A stretch of 64,000 nt of DNA from an uncultured Verrucomicrobiae bacterium (lineage in GTDB: Bacteria > Verrucomicrobiota > Verrucomicrobiia > Chthoniobacterales > UBA10450): positions 160,001-224,000 of the forward strand of contig CAWIBO010000002.1 in NCBI GenBank assembly GCA_963834385.1. The letters run 5' to 3'. The position numbers and the translations under genes are program-made. Positions 54,852 through 64,000 of the stretch are shown here, piece after piece (the first letter of the stretch is position 1; each line of letters begins with the position of its first letter). The notes beneath the pieces were generated by a model, which searched no databases, had not been told where the DNA came from, and saw only the letters and a list, made by a program, of their open reading frames with translations.

Positions 54852-55706
54852 ATGAAACCCGGAACGCTTACTCATACCGTGGCCGTCCTGCTCTCGTCGA
54901 TGACCTCGATGTTCGCGCAGTCGGCCGTGCCCGCCAAGCTGGCTCCGGCCAAAGTGAAGGCGACCAAGACGGCCGGGAAAACGAAGGAGAGCTTTCTTTT
55001 CAGCGATCCGCTCTCTTACGCGCCTTCCATCGCGCCCTCCGCCGCCTCCGAGCGTTATCCCTGGCGCAAAAACATCGTGACCACGGTGTTCTGGATCGGC
55101 GAAAGACCGACGGCGAACAATCCCGTCCCGAACCACAAGAGTTCATGGGATGGCAACTGGGCAAAAAATTACGGGGGCTACGATAACCCGAACCGGGCGT
55201 CCCGGCGCAATTATGCCCCGGCCGGGTTCACCCCGCGGCAGAATCCGTTCTACATTGCCCTGCCTTACAATGACAAGTCCACCATGGGACATCGGCCGGA
55301 GGCTTCTCGCGTGGTGCCCTGGTTCAAGGAAGCTTACAAGGGTCCCGCGGCCTCCGTTTGCAAGGGACGCTGGGTCGCCATCCGGAAGGGCAATCGCGTC
55401 GCCTACGCGCAATGGGAAGATGCCGGCCCGTTCCGCACGGATCACTGGCAGTATGTCTTCGGCACCGAACGCCCGAAGCCGAACCTGAACAAAGGCGCGG
55501 GCCTCGATGTCTCGCCCGCCGTCCGGGACTACCTCGGGATGAATGACACGGACGTGACCGACTGGAAGTTCGTGGAGTTTGATGAGGTGCCGCGTGGTCC
55601 CTGGGCGCAGTTCGGGGATAACAACACCTTTGTCCAGCGTCAGCGCGCCACGGAACGGCAGGTGGCGCAGCGGCAGGGCCCCGCGCCCGCCACGGCCACC
55701 CGCTAG
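54852..55706 (+). CDS. Secreted hypothetical protein, possible RlpA/DPBB-like fold
   Basis: Signal peptide; TTVFWIGE, NPFYIALPY, AQWEDAGP, GLDVSPAV. Confidence 0.7.
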   Translation: MKPGTLTHTVAVLLSSMTSMFAQSAVPAKLAPAKVKATKTAGKTKESFLFSDPLSYAPSIAPSAASERYPWRKNIVTTVFWIGERPTANNPVPNHKSSWDGNWAKNYGGYDNPNRASRRNYAPAGFTPRQNPFYIALPYNDKSTMGHRPEASRVVPWFKEAYKGPAASVCKGRWVAIRKGNRVAYAQWEDAGPFRTDHWQYVFGTERPKPNLNKGAGLDVSPAVRDYLGMNDTDVTDWKFVEFDEVPRGPWAQFGDNNTFVQRQRATERQVAQRQGPAPATATR

Positions 55707-55774
55707 GCGGGCTTCCGCACCCTCCGTTTTTCTTAGGCTTCCGCCCGGCGCAAGTTCCGCGCTAGGCTCCCGCC

Positions 55775-56615
55775 GTGCACCGCCTGCTTTACGTCGCCAG
55801 CCTGCCGCACTCCGGGTCCACTCTTTTTACCCTGCTCATGGGGCACCACCCGCAGATGATCGGTCTGGGGGGAATCGACCGGGGTGTTCGCATGATCATG
55901 TCCTCCCCGGAGGAAACGCTCGAGCGCGGCTGCACCTGTGGCCTGACGGCGCGCGACTGTCCGTATTGGGGAGCCGTGGCCGGGCGTCTGCAGGCGCGGT
56001 CCCCCGCCTCACTCGTGGAACGATATCAGGTCGCCCTGGACGTTTTCGCTGAGATCTTTCGGCGAGGATGCCTGGGCGGTCGACGCCGGACAGATCAAGG
56101 AGCCGCTCTACACCCTCGCCGGCCAGAAATGGCTTGATCTGCGGGTCCTGCACCTCGCGCGGGATGTGCGGTCGGCCGTGATTTCGGAAATCGATTCCCG
56201 ACGGCGCAAAGGGGGACGGTCGCAGCCGGCGCTTGTCACGGCGCTGGTTACCGCGCTGCGCTGGTGGCGGGAGAACGAAAAGCTCGAGGCCTGCCTGCAC
56301 GAAACACGGCTGCGACGCAAGGCGCTTGGCTATGAGGAACTCTGCCTTGGCTTCGACCAGGCTTTCGCCGCCGTTTGTGAATTGCTCGGCCTCGATCCGG
56401 TGACCCTTACAGCCGAGGTGCCCCGCGCCAAGAGTCACATGTTCATCGGCAACCGCATGCGCATGCAGGAGGAAAAAGGAACACTGCGTTACGACGGACG
56501 CTGGCTCACCCGCAGGGAATGGATGGCGCCCGCGGTTTTTCTCCCCTTTGTTCTCTCCCGCAACCGCGCCTGGGTCTACTCAAACAACATCTTCGGCGTC
56601 TTCACGCGGAAGTAG
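55775..56615 (+). CDS. Sulfotransferase-family protein; frameshift near 56060
   Basis: ASLPHSGSTL (PAPS loop), CTCG...CPYW, VLHLARDVRS, YEELC. Confidence 0.75.
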
Positions 56616-56617
56616 GC

Positions 56618-56848
56618 TCAGCGCAGCCCGGCGCCGGTCAGGACGAAGTAGCCGGCGACGAGCCCGCCGAGGATGACGGCGGCCAGGAAAAGAAAGGCCA
56701 GCGCGCGCCATGTCTGTCGACGCTTTTTCTCTCTCTCCCAGCTCATGCGTTCGGTGGCGAGTTGAAGCTCCAGGACACGGACCATCTGTTCGGGCGCCAG
56801 GCCGGCGCCCAATAAATCTGGACCGTTTCCGTTCCTCTCTTTATGCAC
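56618..56848 (-). CDS. Small single-TM hypothetical protein
   Basis: 76 aa; basic stretch followed by a hydrophobic C-terminal helix. Confidence 0.55.
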   Translation of the reverse strand: MHKERNGNGPDLLGAGLAPEQMVRVLELQLATERMSWEREKKRRQTWRALAFLFLAAVILGGLVAGYFVLTGAGLR

Positions 56849-56853
56849 GGGAG

Positions 56854-57546
56854 ATGCAAGCTGCAGATCGCGTGCCCGCGGGCCGCCCCCTTCTCGCCCA
56901 TGTCGCTCCCATGGCGGTTTTTCTCGGGCTGCTCGCCCTCATGGGTCTGATCAAACAGGAGGGCGCCGCCTTCTGGCGGGCCGCCCCGGAATACTGGATC
57001 TACCCGCTCCAGACCGTGCTCTGCGCGGGTCTCCTGGTGTGGTTCTGGCGCGCCTACGACTTTGGCCGGCTCCGGTTCGTCCTGCCGGTGATCCTGGTGG
57101 GCGCGGCTGTTTTCTTTCTCTGGATTGCGCCGCAGGCTTTTCTTGGCTTCGAGGGACGATGGAGCGGTTTCAATCCGGACCTGTTCGCCGAAAGCCCGGC
57201 TCTTTATTGGAGCACCCTCTTTTTCCGGTTTGCCCGGCTTGTCGTCGTGGTCCCGCTGGTGGAGGAAATCTTCTGGCGCGGATTCCTTCTCCGCTACCTC
57301 GTCCGGGAGGATTTCACCGCGGTCCCGTTTGGCACTTTCTCGTGGTTTTCCTTTGTCGCGGTGACGCTGGCCTTCGGGTTCACCCACAGCCCGGGCGATT
57401 GGGTGGCCGCGCTCCTTTGCGGGATGATTTACAATGGAGTGGCCTACTGGACCAAAAGCCTGTCCAGCTGCGTGCTCGTCCACGCCGTGACCAACCTGCT
57501 TCTGGGGATCTGGATCATGCGAACGGGGCAGTGGGGTTTCTGGTAG
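56854..57546 (+). CDS. CAAX prenyl protease-related (CPBP) membrane protease, exosortase-associated type
   Basis: VVPLVEEIFWRGFLLR, FGFTH, HAVTN, ends GQWGFW. Confidence 0.85.
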   Translation: MQAADRVPAGRPLLAHVAPMAVFLGLLALMGLIKQEGAAFWRAAPEYWIYPLQTVLCAGLLVWFWRAYDFGRLRFVLPVILVGAAVFFLWIAPQAFLGFEGRWSGFNPDLFAESPALYWSTLFFRFARLVVVVPLVEEIFWRGFLLRYLVREDFTAVPFGTFSWFSFVAVTLAFGFTHSPGDWVAALLCGMIYNGVAYWTKSLSSCVLVHAVTNLLLGIWIMRTGQWGFW

Positions 57547-57576
57547 GATGGCATCCAGTGTGCTCCTGAGAGGAGC

Positions 57577-57738
57577 ATGGTCGCCACCTTTCCCCAAAAA
57601 GTCATTATTTGCCTGGTGGCCGCGTTCTTTGCCGCCTGCCTCGTGGAATGGGGCCGGGTTTTTGTCGAGGGCGCGGATGACGCCTTGAATGGCGAATACC
57701 GGGTCCGGGCCGAAGCCGCGCGCGGCGGGCGCCGCTGA
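57577..57738 (+). CDS. Putative 53-aa small membrane or secreted protein
   Basis: MVATFPQKVIICLVAAFFAACLVEWGRVF...; fills the gap before nadE; below the ORF-track cutoff. Confidence 0.45.
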   Translation: MVATFPQKVIICLVAAFFAACLVEWGRVFVEGADDALNGEYRVRAEAARGGRR

Positions 57739-57786
57739 CGGACCGACTTGCCCCGTGCCGCAGGGGCCTTAACCTGCTCGCGCGGC

Positions 57787-59415
57787 ATGAAGATCGGTTT
57801 TGCTCAGATCAACAGCATTGTCGGTGATCTGCGCGGCAACACCGCCCGCATCCTCGAAGCCTATCGGCGGCTCGAGGCGCAGGGCGCCGACCTTGTCCTC
57901 ACCCCCGAGCTCTCCATTCCCGGATACCCTCCCCAGGATCTCGTCTTCAAGGCCCGCTTTGTCCCGCAGAACCTCGAGGCGCTGACGCAGCTCCAGGCCG
58001 GGCTCGGCCGGGCGGCCCTGCTGGTGGGTTTTGTGGAACCGAACCAGGAACGGGGCAAACCGTTTCACAACGCCGCCGCCCTGCTGCGGGCCGGGCAGCC
58101 GCCGTGGAAGACTTTCAAGTCGCTCCTGCCGACCTACGACGTTTTCGATGAAGACCGTTACTTCGAGCCGGCACGCCGGGTTGAACCGGTTGAGATCGGC
58201 GGCCGGAAGATCGGCGTGACCATCTGCGAGGACATCTGGACCGAGCATTATCTGCCCCGCCCGCTTTACGATCTCGAGCCGGTCCACCGGCTGGTGGAGC
58301 GCGGGGCGGAGCTGGTGGTGAACCTGAGCGCCTCGCCCTTTCACCTGCACAAACCGGCCATCCGCCACGAGATGGTGGGCGGCCTCGCGCGCGAGCTGCG
58401 GCGGCCGATCTTTTACTGCAACGCCGTCGGCGGGAACGACGAGTTGATCTTTGACGGCAATTCCATCGCCATGGATGCGGGCGGCGGATTGCTGGCGCGG
58501 CTGCCTGGGTTCGCCGAGGGGGAGATGGTGGTGGACTCGGAGTCCCGGGAAGCCGTGGCCTTTGTGGAAGACCCGGAGCCGGCGCAATTGTTTGCCGCCC
58601 TGCGGCTCGGCCTGGGTGATTATCTGTCGAAGTGCGGTTTCCGGTCCGCCGTGCTTGGCTTGAGCGGGGGGATCGACTCGGCTGTGGTGGCGGCGATTGC
58701 GGTCGCGGCTCTGGGCCCGGAAAATGTGGTGGGCGTGTCCATGCCGAGCCAGTATTCCTCGCGCGGCAGCGTCGAGGATGCGCTCGCCCTGGCGCGCAAT
58801 CTCGGCATCCGCTGCCACCAGATTCCGATCGCCGAAGCTTTTGATGCCTTCAAGGCTCAGTTCACGGAGATTTTTGCCGGTCATCCCGAGGACGCGACCG
58901 AGGAGAACATGCAGGCGCGGCTGCGCGGCATGATCCTGATGTCCCTCTCGAACAAGTTCGGGCACATTTTGCTGACCACGGGGAACAAGAGCGAACTGGC
59001 GGTCGGCTATTGCACGATTTATGGGGACATGGCGGGCGGTCTGGCGGTGATCAGCGACGTACCCAAAACCATGGTTTACGAGCTGGCGCGCTGGATCAAC
59101 CGGGAAAAGGAGCTGATTCCGCTTTCGACCCTGACCAAGCCGCCAAGCGCGGAATTGAAGCCGGACCAGAAGGACCAGGACACCCTGCCGCCGTATGAGG
59201 TGCTGGACGAGATCCTGCGCTGTTACGTCGAGGAAAACATGAGCGTGCGCGACATCACCGCGCGCGGCTTTGATGAATCGGTGGTGCGCTGGGTGCAGCG
59301 ACGGGTGGACCTCAACGAATATAAACGGGCGCAGGCCGCGCCGGGCCTGAAGGTGACGAGTCGCGCCTTTGGGCAGGGCCGCCGCATGCCGATCGCGCAG
59401 CGTTACGTGGAATAA
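57787..59415 (+). CDS. nadE: Glutamine-dependent NAD+ synthetase
   Basis: Nitrilase domain (PELS..GYP, ICEDIW), GLSGGIDS, ENMQARLRG, TGNKSE, PPSAELKPDQKDQD. Confidence 0.95.
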   Translation: MKIGFAQINSIVGDLRGNTARILEAYRRLEAQGADLVLTPELSIPGYPPQDLVFKARFVPQNLEALTQLQAGLGRAALLVGFVEPNQERGKPFHNAAALLRAGQPPWKTFKSLLPTYDVFDEDRYFEPARRVEPVEIGGRKIGVTICEDIWTEHYLPRPLYDLEPVHRLVERGAELVVNLSASPFHLHKPAIRHEMVGGLARELRRPIFYCNAVGGNDELIFDGNSIAMDAGGGLLARLPGFAEGEMVVDSESREAVAFVEDPEPAQLFAALRLGLGDYLSKCGFRSAVLGLSGGIDSAVVAAIAVAALGPENVVGVSMPSQYSSRGSVEDALALARNLGIRCHQIPIAEAFDAFKAQFTEIFAGHPEDATEENMQARLRGMILMSLSNKFGHILLTTGNKSELAVGYCTIYGDMAGGLAVISDVPKTMVYELARWINREKELIPLSTLTKPPSAELKPDQKDQDTLPPYEVLDEILRCYVEENMSVRDITARGFDESVVRWVQRRVDLNEYKRAQAAPGLKVTSRAFGQGRRMPIAQRYVE

Positions 59416-59434
59416 CCGGCCCCCGGGACGGAAA

Positions 59435-59510
59435 TGGTGCACCGTGCTGGAATCGAACCAGCAACCCAGTGATTAAGAGTCACTTGCTCTGCCAATTGAG
59501 CTAACGGTGC
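59435..59510 (-). tRNA. tRNA-Lys (anticodon CTT)
   Basis: GCACCGTTAGCTCAATTGGCAGAGCAAGTGACTCTTAATCACTGGGTTGCTGGTTCGATTCCAGCACGGTGCACCA; 76-nt cloverleaf with encoded CCA. Confidence 0.96.
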
Positions 59511-59590
59511 CTGCGGGCGCGACTTTGCAGCAGCGCGGGGCGTAAAGTTTATCGAGACGCGGCGATGTGCAATCCAAAATTCCACCCGGC

Positions 59591-62152
59591 ATGAAGCACC
59601 GGCTCAAGTTCCTCCGCTGGCATGTCCTGCGTTATGTGGGGCGCCATCCGCTCCTGGCTGCGCTCAATGTCGCCAGCATCGCCCTTGGCGTGGCGGTTTA
59701 CCTCGCCATCCAGATCGCCAACGAGAGCGCGGCGCGCGCGTTTGCCGCGGGGGTCGACCTGGTCGCGGGGCGGGCGCAGCTCCAGATCACCTCGCCCGTG
59801 CGCGGGGTGGACGAAACCGTTTTGCCCCGCCTGGCCGCGCTGCCGGAGATCTCCGCCGTCACCCCGCTCGTGCGCGGCTGGCTGGCGCTGCCGGATTATC
59901 CGGGGGAATATCTCCAGGTTCTCGGGATCGACATCTTCACGAACGAACCTTTCCGGACCTTCGAGGTCGCGGGCACGGACGAGTTTGATCCAGGCGAATG
60001 GCTGGGCCGGCCGGATGGAATTGCGGTGGCCGGCGCGTTTGCTCACCGCCATGCGCTCAAGCCGGGCGATTCTCTCCGCGTGCAGACCGGTGGGGCCACG
60101 CGTCTCCTCCGCATCGTCTCGATTTTGCGGGAACAGGGTGGCGTGCCCATCGACGGGCAGTTTGCCGCGATGGACATCGGGTGGGCGCAGGAGCTTTTCC
60201 GGCAACAGGGGCGGGTCAGCGCCATTCAACTGCGTCTGCGCGAGGAAGGCGGGCGCGACGAGGCGCAGGCGGCGATGGCCGCGCTTCTTCCTCCGGATGC
60301 CGTGGTCGCGGCCCCGTCGCAGCGGAGCGCGCAGATCGAGAAGCTGCTGGCCAGCTTCCGTCTCAATCTCACGGCCATGAGCATGGTTGCCCTCCTCGTG
60401 GGGATGTTCCTGATCTACAACACGGTGTCCGCTTCGGTCGTGCGACGCCGGCGGGAGATCGGCATCCTGCGGTCCCTTGGGCTGCACCGGGGTGGTATTC
60501 GCGCGCTCTTCCTGGCTGAGGCGGCGGTGGTCGGGTTGCTCGGGGTGGCGGCCGGTTTGGCCGGCGGAACGCTGCTCGCCGGTGGTCTCGTCGGGACCGT
60601 GGCCGAAACCATTTCGAGCCTTTATGTTCTGGTGCAGGTGCGCGAAGCGGTGGTCGCTCCGTCGCTCTATTTGGAGGCGGCGCTCCTTGGGTTGATCTCG
60701 ACGTTCGTGGCGGCCTGGTGGCCGGCGAGAAATGCGTCCCGGCTCGAACCGGTCGCGGCTCTCACGCCCGCCGGTCTTTTTCAGCGGGCCACGATGCCGG
60801 TGACGAAGGCGGCCATGACGGGGTTGGTCTTGCTGGGCCTGAGCGGGCTCTTTTCGGTCGTGGCCGTGGTGCGCGGCCCGGCGTGGCTCGGGTTTGGCGC
60901 AGCGTTTTTCCTCCTCGCCGGTGCCTCCTGCTTTGCCCCCGGCTTGGTGGCGGGGCTGGGCGCCGTGTTCCGGGTCTTCCTGGCGGGCGTCTCCTCCCGG
61001 CGCTCGCTCCTGCCGGGACTGGCGGCGATGCAGCTCGCCCGATCCCTCCCGCGCACTTCTGTAACGATTGCGGCGGTGGCGGCGGCGGTGGCGATGGCGG
61101 TTGGTCTGGGCACCATGGTCTTTTCCTTCCGCACCACCGTCCAATCCTGGCTGGAGCAAACGCTGGTAGCCGATCTCTTCGTCACCACGGCGGACAACGA
61201 GGCGACTGGGGGCGCCTCGTTCATCCCGCCCGAGGCGCTCGCTTTCGCCCGCGCCCTGCCGGGAGTGGAAGCGGTCGATACTTATCGCGAGGTGGAATTG
61301 CCATTTGGCGAGGGTTCCCTCGCGCTTGCGGTCATTCGGGGCCATCCCCGGCGTCGGTTCGATTTCGTTGGCGGCGATGGTCCGGCTCTGGCCCGGCGTT
61401 TCAGCTCCGAAGCGGTGGTGCTGATCTCGCAGAGCTTTGCCCGGCGACATCGGCTTGAGGCCGGGGATCGCCTGGAACTGCCGACGCCCGGGGGCTTGCA
61501 GGCCTTTGAGGTGGCCGGTGTCTTTCATGATTACACCCGCGATCGAGGTGTGGTTTTCATGCACGAGAAAACTTTTCAATCATTTTGGCAGGACGACCGG
61601 GTCAACAGCCTCGCGCTTTATCTTGAACCCGGGGCCTCGGCGGAAGAAGTGAGCGAGGCTCTGCGCACTTTCCCGCAATCGGCGGGGGGCTTCGCCATCT
61701 ACTCGAACCGCGCCCTGCGGGAGCGGGTCTTCGAGATTTTCGACCAGACTTTTGCCGTAACCAATGTCCTCAGGACCATTGCGATCGTGGTCGCCATCCT
61801 CGGCGTGTTTCTCACCCTGACGACACTGGTGATGGAGCGGACACGAGAACTGGGCGTCATCCGTTCGGTGGGCGCGTCGGCCGGGCAGCTTCGGGGTTTG
61901 GTGGCGTGGGAAGCCGGGCTGATCGGTTTGCTCTCATCCGTTCTGGGACTGGCAGGAGGACTTGGTCTCGCGCTGGTCCTCACGTTTGTGATCAACCCGG
62001 CCTTCTTCGGATGGACAATCCGTCTGGCCATCCCCTGGGACCTGCTGGCCTGGACCCCGGGGTGGATCGTGCTCTCGGCCCTGGCCGCGAGCTTTGTCCC
62101 CGGTCGGCGCGCGGCGGCCATCAACATCGCGGAGGCGGTCCGAACGGAATGA
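59591..62152 (+). CDS. FtsX/MacB-like double-domain ABC permease (AttF/G-like)
   Basis: IALGVAV, MDIGWAQ, RRREIGILRSLG, ERTRELGVIRSVG, VINPAFFGWTI. Confidence 0.88.
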   Translation: MKHRLKFLRWHVLRYVGRHPLLAALNVASIALGVAVYLAIQIANESAARAFAAGVDLVAGRAQLQITSPVRGVDETVLPRLAALPEISAVTPLVRGWLALPDYPGEYLQVLGIDIFTNEPFRTFEVAGTDEFDPGEWLGRPDGIAVAGAFAHRHALKPGDSLRVQTGGATRLLRIVSILREQGGVPIDGQFAAMDIGWAQELFRQQGRVSAIQLRLREEGGRDEAQAAMAALLPPDAVVAAPSQRSAQIEKLLASFRLNLTAMSMVALLVGMFLIYNTVSASVVRRRREIGILRSLGLHRGGIRALFLAEAAVVGLLGVAAGLAGGTLLAGGLVGTVAETISSLYVLVQVREAVVAPSLYLEAALLGLISTFVAAWWPARNASRLEPVAALTPAGLFQRATMPVTKAAMTGLVLLGLSGLFSVVAVVRGPAWLGFGAAFFLLAGASCFAPGLVAGLGAVFRVFLAGVSSRRSLLPGLAAMQLARSLPRTSVTIAAVAAAVAMAVGLGTMVFSFRTTVQSWLEQTLVADLFVTTADNEATGGASFIPPEALAFARALPGVEAVDTYREVELPFGEGSLALAVIRGHPRRRFDFVGGDGPALARRFSSEAVVLISQSFARRHRLEAGDRLELPTPGGLQAFEVAGVFHDYTRDRGVVFMHEKTFQSFWQDDRVNSLALYLEPGASAEEVSEALRTFPQSAGGFAIYSNRALRERVFEIFDQTFAVTNVLRTIAIVVAILGVFLTLTTLVMERTRELGVIRSVGASAGQLRGLVAWEAGLIGLLSSVLGLAGGLGLALVLTFVINPAFFGWTIRLAIPWDLLAWTPGWIVLSALAASFVPGRRAAAINIAEAVRTE

Positions 62153-63253
62153 AGAAACAGGCATGTGCGGCTTGGCTGGTGCTCTTCGCGGTGACGCTCC
62201 AGAGCGCGGAGATCGAGCCATGGCAAAGTGCGAAGCCGGGCTGGAGCTACCGCTTTCCCCGGGACCACCGGTTCCATCCCGAGTTCAAGACGGAGTGGTG
62301 GTATTTTACCGGGAACCTGCGTGATGACAGCGGCCGGCGCCTTGGCTACGAACTGACGTTTTTCCGGGACGGAGTGATCCCGCGGGACCAACAAGGCAGG
62401 CACCAGTCGCGGTTTGTTGTCGCGGACCTGAAGTTTGCGCATCTCGCGATCACGGACGTGGCTGGTGACCGCTTCGTTTACACCCAAAAAACGAGCCGAG
62501 GCGCCTTCGGAGAGGCGGGTTTCGGCGAGAACGGCCGGGTGGCCTGGATCGAAAACTGGATGCTGGAGATGACCGCGGAGGGAAATTTTCGGCTCCGGGC
62601 GGCTGCGCCGGAGGGAAGCCTCGACCTCACGCTCCGTCCGTTAAAAGAGCCGGTGCTGCACGGCCGTGACGGCATCAGCGTCAAGGCGGCGGGAACCGGC
62701 AACGCCTCTCATTATTATTCCCTGACACGGCTGGCGACGGAGGGGGTCGTGCGCGTGGGCGATGCGGCCGGGCGTGCCGTGAAAGGCGAGAGCTGGTTTG
62801 ACCACGAGTGGGCCACCAACCAGCTCGGTCCAAACCAGATCGGCTGGGATTGGCTCTCGCTGCAGTTCGAGGACGGCACCGAGCTCATGCTTTACCAGAT
62901 GCGGCTGGCCGGCGGGGGGATTGATCCGGCGTCCCACGGGACCTTGGTCGATCGCGACGGCCGGACCCGCCCGCTGGAGCGTGGGGAGTATGGGATGGAA
63001 GCGGAAGAAATCTGGGTGAGCGACCGGACCAAGGCCCGCTATCCCGTGGGGTGGAAGGTGAGGGTCCCCGACCTCGGCCTGGAGCTGACGGTGCGGGCCG
63101 CTCCTGCAGGGGCAGGAGCTGGTCTTCGGGCCGCTCGCCTACTGGGAGGGTGCGGTGGAGGTGACAGGCCGAAGCCGTAGCGGCCCGGTGTCAGGCCACG
63201 GATACCTCGAACTCACGGGCTACGCCGGCCCCTTGCGCCAGCTGCGAAAATAA
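62149..63253 (+). CDS. AttH/CrtC-like lipocalin-fold secreted protein; frameshift near 63100
   Basis: [42 protein letters not shown]-terminus YWEGAV...GYLELTGY in another frame. Confidence 0.85.
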
Positions 63254-63258
63254 GGGCC

Positions 63259-63433
63259 TTAAGCCTGGGTATGCCGGGCGGTACTGAACCTCGGCGCCCT
63301 TGGGCAGGAGGCGTTTGCGCCCGCGCTGACGCCGGCGGGCCAGGGTGGCCCGGCCGCCCTTGGTGCTCATCCGCGCGCGGAAACCGTGCTGGCGTTTGCG
63401 GGTGCGTTTGGAGGGCTGATAGGTGCGTTTCAT
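63259..63433 (-). CDS. rpmH: 50S ribosomal protein L34 with short C-terminal extension (probable +1 error near 63280; as written the ORF runs to 63191)
   Basis: [42 protein letters not shown]. Confidence 0.93.
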
Positions 63434-63468
63434 AAGTGGAACCTCCCGGGCAGGCCGAAAGAGCGCCT

Positions 63469-63496
63469 AAGGTATGGGGCTCGGGCGCTTTGTCAA
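63469..63496 (-). promoter_or_regulatory. Sigma-70-type promoter for rpmH
   Basis: TTGACA-N16-TACCTT on the minus strand, followed by GGAGG before the ATG. Confidence 0.6.
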
Positions 63497-63560
63497 CGGC
63501 GGGGGCAAAGCGGAGAAAGCGAATTGCCAGCCACCCGCGGCTGTGTGATAACGAGTCCGC

Positions 63561-64000
63561 ATGAACGACGTCTGCATCGAGCCGGCCACCGAGGCGGACC
63601 TGGATGAACTCTCCTCGCTCCTCGGTGAGCTTTTCTCGGAGGAAAGCGATTTTCGACCCGACAAGGAGCGGCAGTTGCGCGGGCTGCGGTTTATCTTTGA
63701 GCAGCCCAACCGCGGGCGAGTTTTTGTGCTGCGCCGGGACAAGGTCATTGTCGGAATGATGAATCTGCTATTTACCATCAGCACCGCCGAGGGGGGCTTT
63801 GTCATCCTCCTGGAGGACCTGGTGGTGCACCGGACCTATCGCGACCAGGGCTATGGGGGCATGCTTTTGAAGTATGCGATCGACTTCGCGAAACAGAAGG
63901 GATTCCTTCGCATCACGCTGCTCACCGATCGCCCCGAGATCCGGTCGCAGAATTTTTTCCGCCGGCACGGTTTCTACGAATCGCCCATGATGCCGATGCG
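63561..64000 (+). CDS. GNAT-family N-acetyltransferase, 3'-truncated by window edge
   Basis: IEPATEADL, LEDLVVHRTYRDQGYGGML, ITLLTD, FFRRHGF. Confidence 0.88.
   Translation, partial: MNDVCIEPATEADLDELSSLLGELFSEESDFRPDKERQLRGLRFIFEQPNRGRVFVLRRDKVIVGMMNLLFTISTAEGGFVILLEDLVVHRTYRDQGYGGMLLKYAIDFAKQKGFLRITLLTDRPEIRSQNFFRRHGFYESPMMPM

Noticed and set aside
54640..54855. 71-aa ORF upstream of the secreted protein
   Set aside because: Atypical codon usage and overlap with the putative promoter and leader; more likely non-coding.
59435..59510. tRNA-Lys as an island integration site
   Set aside because: I saw no duplicated tRNA 3' end or integrase; the flanking genes are ordinary.
62149..63253. Calling this gene crtC (carotenoid 1,2-hydratase)
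   Set aside because: The fold family is shared, but the signal peptide and linkage to an ABC permease indicate the AttH type; function is unproven.

Overview
This is a gene-dense, high-GC bacterial chromosomal segment. It is most likely from Verrucomicrobiota (Chthoniobacterales/Spartobacteria-like), inferred from the Amuc_1098-1102-type pilus cluster, mcsB-clpC, coaE-rho, an exosortase and many Pro/Thr-rich linkers. Housekeeping content includes mcsB, clpC, xerC, mlaEFD, trpS, coaE, rho, rnd, moeB, rpmI, ndh, panE, ybeY, clpS, fabI, nadE, rpmH, tRNA-Lys(CTT) and an SRP RNA found by hand at 33176-33271. Accessory content includes an Akkermansia-type pilus/secretin operon, a C30-carotenoid cluster lacking crtM, a CADD-family protein, a treS-mak fusion and an AttG/AttH-like pair. 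The best candidate for an undescribed system is 22471-29927: a short FecR-domain protein, a small outer-membrane beta-barrel, and a 1828-aa secreted FecR-capped beta-helix-like protein with no recognisable TPS or autotransporter domain. About 11 genes are frameshifted, mostly by apparent +1 insertions and including essential trpS, which points to long-read sequencing or assembly error. I saw no CRISPR array, transposase or prophage. All family calls come from motif recognition by eye; no searches were run.
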